A stretch of DNA of 63,282 nucleotides, filler included, from Octopus bimaculoides (lineage: Eukaryota), in assembly GCF_001194135.2 (NCBI RefSeq). It is 4 parts of 4 records of this genome, joined end to end, with 100 filler letters (N's around TTAATTAATTAA, not from the genome) between each part and the next. Parts side by side here need not be neighbours in the genome. Positions count along the whole stretch, not along the records: positions 54,601 to 63,282 come from NC_069003.1; 3 more parts are not named here. The stretch is one strand, 5' to 3'. Both the position numbers and the translations under genes were made by a program. This document shows positions 61,231 to 63,282 of this stretch, piece by piece (position 1 is the stretch's first letter; every line of letters begins with the position of its first letter). The notes under the pieces were generated by a model. It saw only the letters and a program-made list of their open reading frames with translations. It had not been told where the DNA came from and made no database searches.

Positions 61231-62508
61231 NNNNNNNNNNNNNNNNNNNNNNNNNNNNNNNNNNNNNNNNNNNNNNNNNNNNNNNNNNNNNNNNNNNNNN
61301 NNNNNNNNNNNNNNNNNNNNNNNNNNNNNNNNNNNNNNNNNNNNNNNNNNNNNNNNNNNNNNNNNNNNNNNNNNNNNNNNNNNNNNNNNNNNNNNNNNNN
61401 NNNNNNNNNNNNNNNNNNNNNNNNNNNNNNNNNNNNNNNNNNNNNNNNNNNNNNNNNNNNNNNNNNNNNNNNNNNNNNNNNNNNNNNNNNNNNNNNNNNN
61501 NNNNNNNNNNNNNNNNNNNNNNNNNNNNNNNNNNNNNNNNNNNNNNNNNNNNNNNNNNNNNNNNNNNNNNNNNNNNNNNNNNNNNNNNNNNNNNNNNNNN
61601 NNNNNNNNNNNNNNNNNNNNNNNNNNNNNNNNNNNNNNNNNNNNNNNNNNNNNNNNNNNNNNNNNNNNNNNNNNNNNNNNNNNNNNNNNNNNNNNNNNNN
61701 NNNNNNNNNNNNNNNNNNNNNNNNNNNNNNNNNNNNNNNNNNNNNNNNNNNNNNNNNNNNNNNNNNNNNNNNNNNNNNNNNNNNNNNNNNNNNNNNNNNN
61801 NNNNNNNNNNNNNNNNNNNNNNNNNNNNNNNNNNNNNNNNNNNNNNNNNNNNNNNNNNNNNNNNNNNNNNNNNNNNNNNNNNNNNNNNNNNNNNNNNNNN
61901 NNNNNNNNNNNNNNNNNNNNNNNNNNNNNNNNNNNNNNNNNNNNNNNNNNNNNNNNNNNNNNNNNNNNNNNNNNNNNNNNNNNNNNNNNNNNNNNNNNNN
62001 NNNNNNNNNNNNNNNNNNNNNNNNNNNNNNNNNNNNNNNNNNNNNNNNNNNNNNNNNNNNNNNNNNNNNNNNNNNNNNNNNNNNNNNNNNNNNNNNNNNN
62101 NNNNNNNNNNNNNNNNNNNNNNNNNNNNNNNNNNNNNNNNTATATATATATATATATAAAACAGACACACACATACATACACACACACACTTACATATAC
62201 GTATATACGTATGTATGTATGTATGTATGTATGTATGTATGTATGTATGTACATATGTTTTAAAAAGCCAATACGCTGCCAGTAAGGAGTGAAAACAGAA
62301 GTTAAGAAGACAAAAACAAACTTATGTTTCGATATTTCGGGTTAAAATCAGTTTATCAAGAGAATAATAGAAGAAAAGAGTAGATATATAAAGAAAAATA
62401 CCAATTCCCCCACTATATTTTATTCTTATTCTCTCTGACTTAAAAATAACTTTAAGAGCTCCATGTTACAATGCATCATGAAAGCTACACAAATTGAATA
62501 TATATATA

Positions 62509-62739
62509 TTGGGTTGGTGCATAACTATTGCGGCTTTTTCTCAACAAATTTTATTCAACAAAAAACATCCTTAAGTAACGGTCTGAGCGTCTCCCAAGCA
62601 AATAGGAAGCAGTAAATGAAGTAGATGGTGAATATGCTCTGGAATAATCATTTAAAGTTGTTTTTGTTACATGTTGTTAATTGTTTTTGTTGAATAAAAT
62701 TTGTTGAAAAAAAGCCGCAGTAATTATGCATCAACCCAA
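62509..62739 (+). mobile_element. Mariner-derived MITE, 231 bp
   Basis: TIRs of about 55 bp, TTGGGTTGGTGCATAACTATTGCGGCTTTTT (Hsmar1-like); TA on both flanks; interior encodes ERLPSK*EAVNEVDGEYALE*. Confidence 0.9.
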
Positions 62740-63164
62740 TATATATCTGTGTATATACATGTGCAGTTCTATATCGATATACATGTGTGGTCCCTAAGAC
62801 TTTCACCTCCTGGAAGGATCCTTGCAAACTTCATCGTGATATACGACTTATATTGGACATGTTTTTAGATCTGACGAAGACCAGCTCTCTTTAGCTGCGG
62901 CCTTCCATTGAAAGTGAAAGTAACCGGAAATAAAGAGAAAGAGAAAGAACAGAACCGACATTACTACATGCGCAACTGCTTGTATGTGCACGTGTGTTTG
63001 TATATGTGTGTATGTGTATCTGTGTGTGTCTATGTTGGCGGGGGTGGAGGGCTCTGCGGGGGTGTAGAAGATATAACATTAAAAATAATGATATTGGAGA
63101 ATCCGCGTGTCTGTCTTGTCTGCCTATCTGCGCATCTATCTATCTAGTTGCCCCCTCTCACTTT

Positions 63165-63282
63165 CTCACTTTTTCTCTCTTTTACTCTCTCTCTCTTTTA
63201 CTCTCTCTCTCTTTTACTCTCTCTCTCTTTTACTCTCTCTCTCTCTTTTACTCTCTCTCTCTTTTACTCTCTCTTTTACTTT
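63165..63282. repeat. Compound repeat of TTTTAC(TC)n units
   Basis: About seven units to the window edge. Confidence 0.9.

Overview
AT-rich animal genomic DNA with about 8.4 kb of N in 24 gaps and very dense microsatellites. The tRNA-derived SINE families and repeat density suggest an octopod cephalopod (inference, not verified). I cannot support any intact host protein-coding gene, tRNA or rRNA gene; most ORF-track entries are microsatellite or N read-through. The window is mostly decayed transposable elements: a full-length but frameshifted mariner (11687-12921), mariner fragments and a MITE, a Tc1-like MITE, a Merlin fragment, a Buster/Charlie hAT fragment, piggyBac-like MITE stacks, CR1-type, RTE, R4/Dong-type and L1/Tx1-type LINE fragments, a possible solo LTR and about 35 SINE copies in five families. 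The most interesting unexplained signal is a dispersed family of hammerhead-ribozyme-like motifs (CUGANGA, an enlarged helix II, then GAAAC-AGCU-GUH). Two of them occur as head-to-head inverted pairs (1153-1457 and 57455-57833), suggestive of Penelope-like terminal repeats. Other notable features are R4/Dong elements bounded by (TAA)n, serial TTAA-bounded MITE stacking and a near-perfect 40-bp hairpin with one A:C mismatch. All calls are by eye, without database searches.
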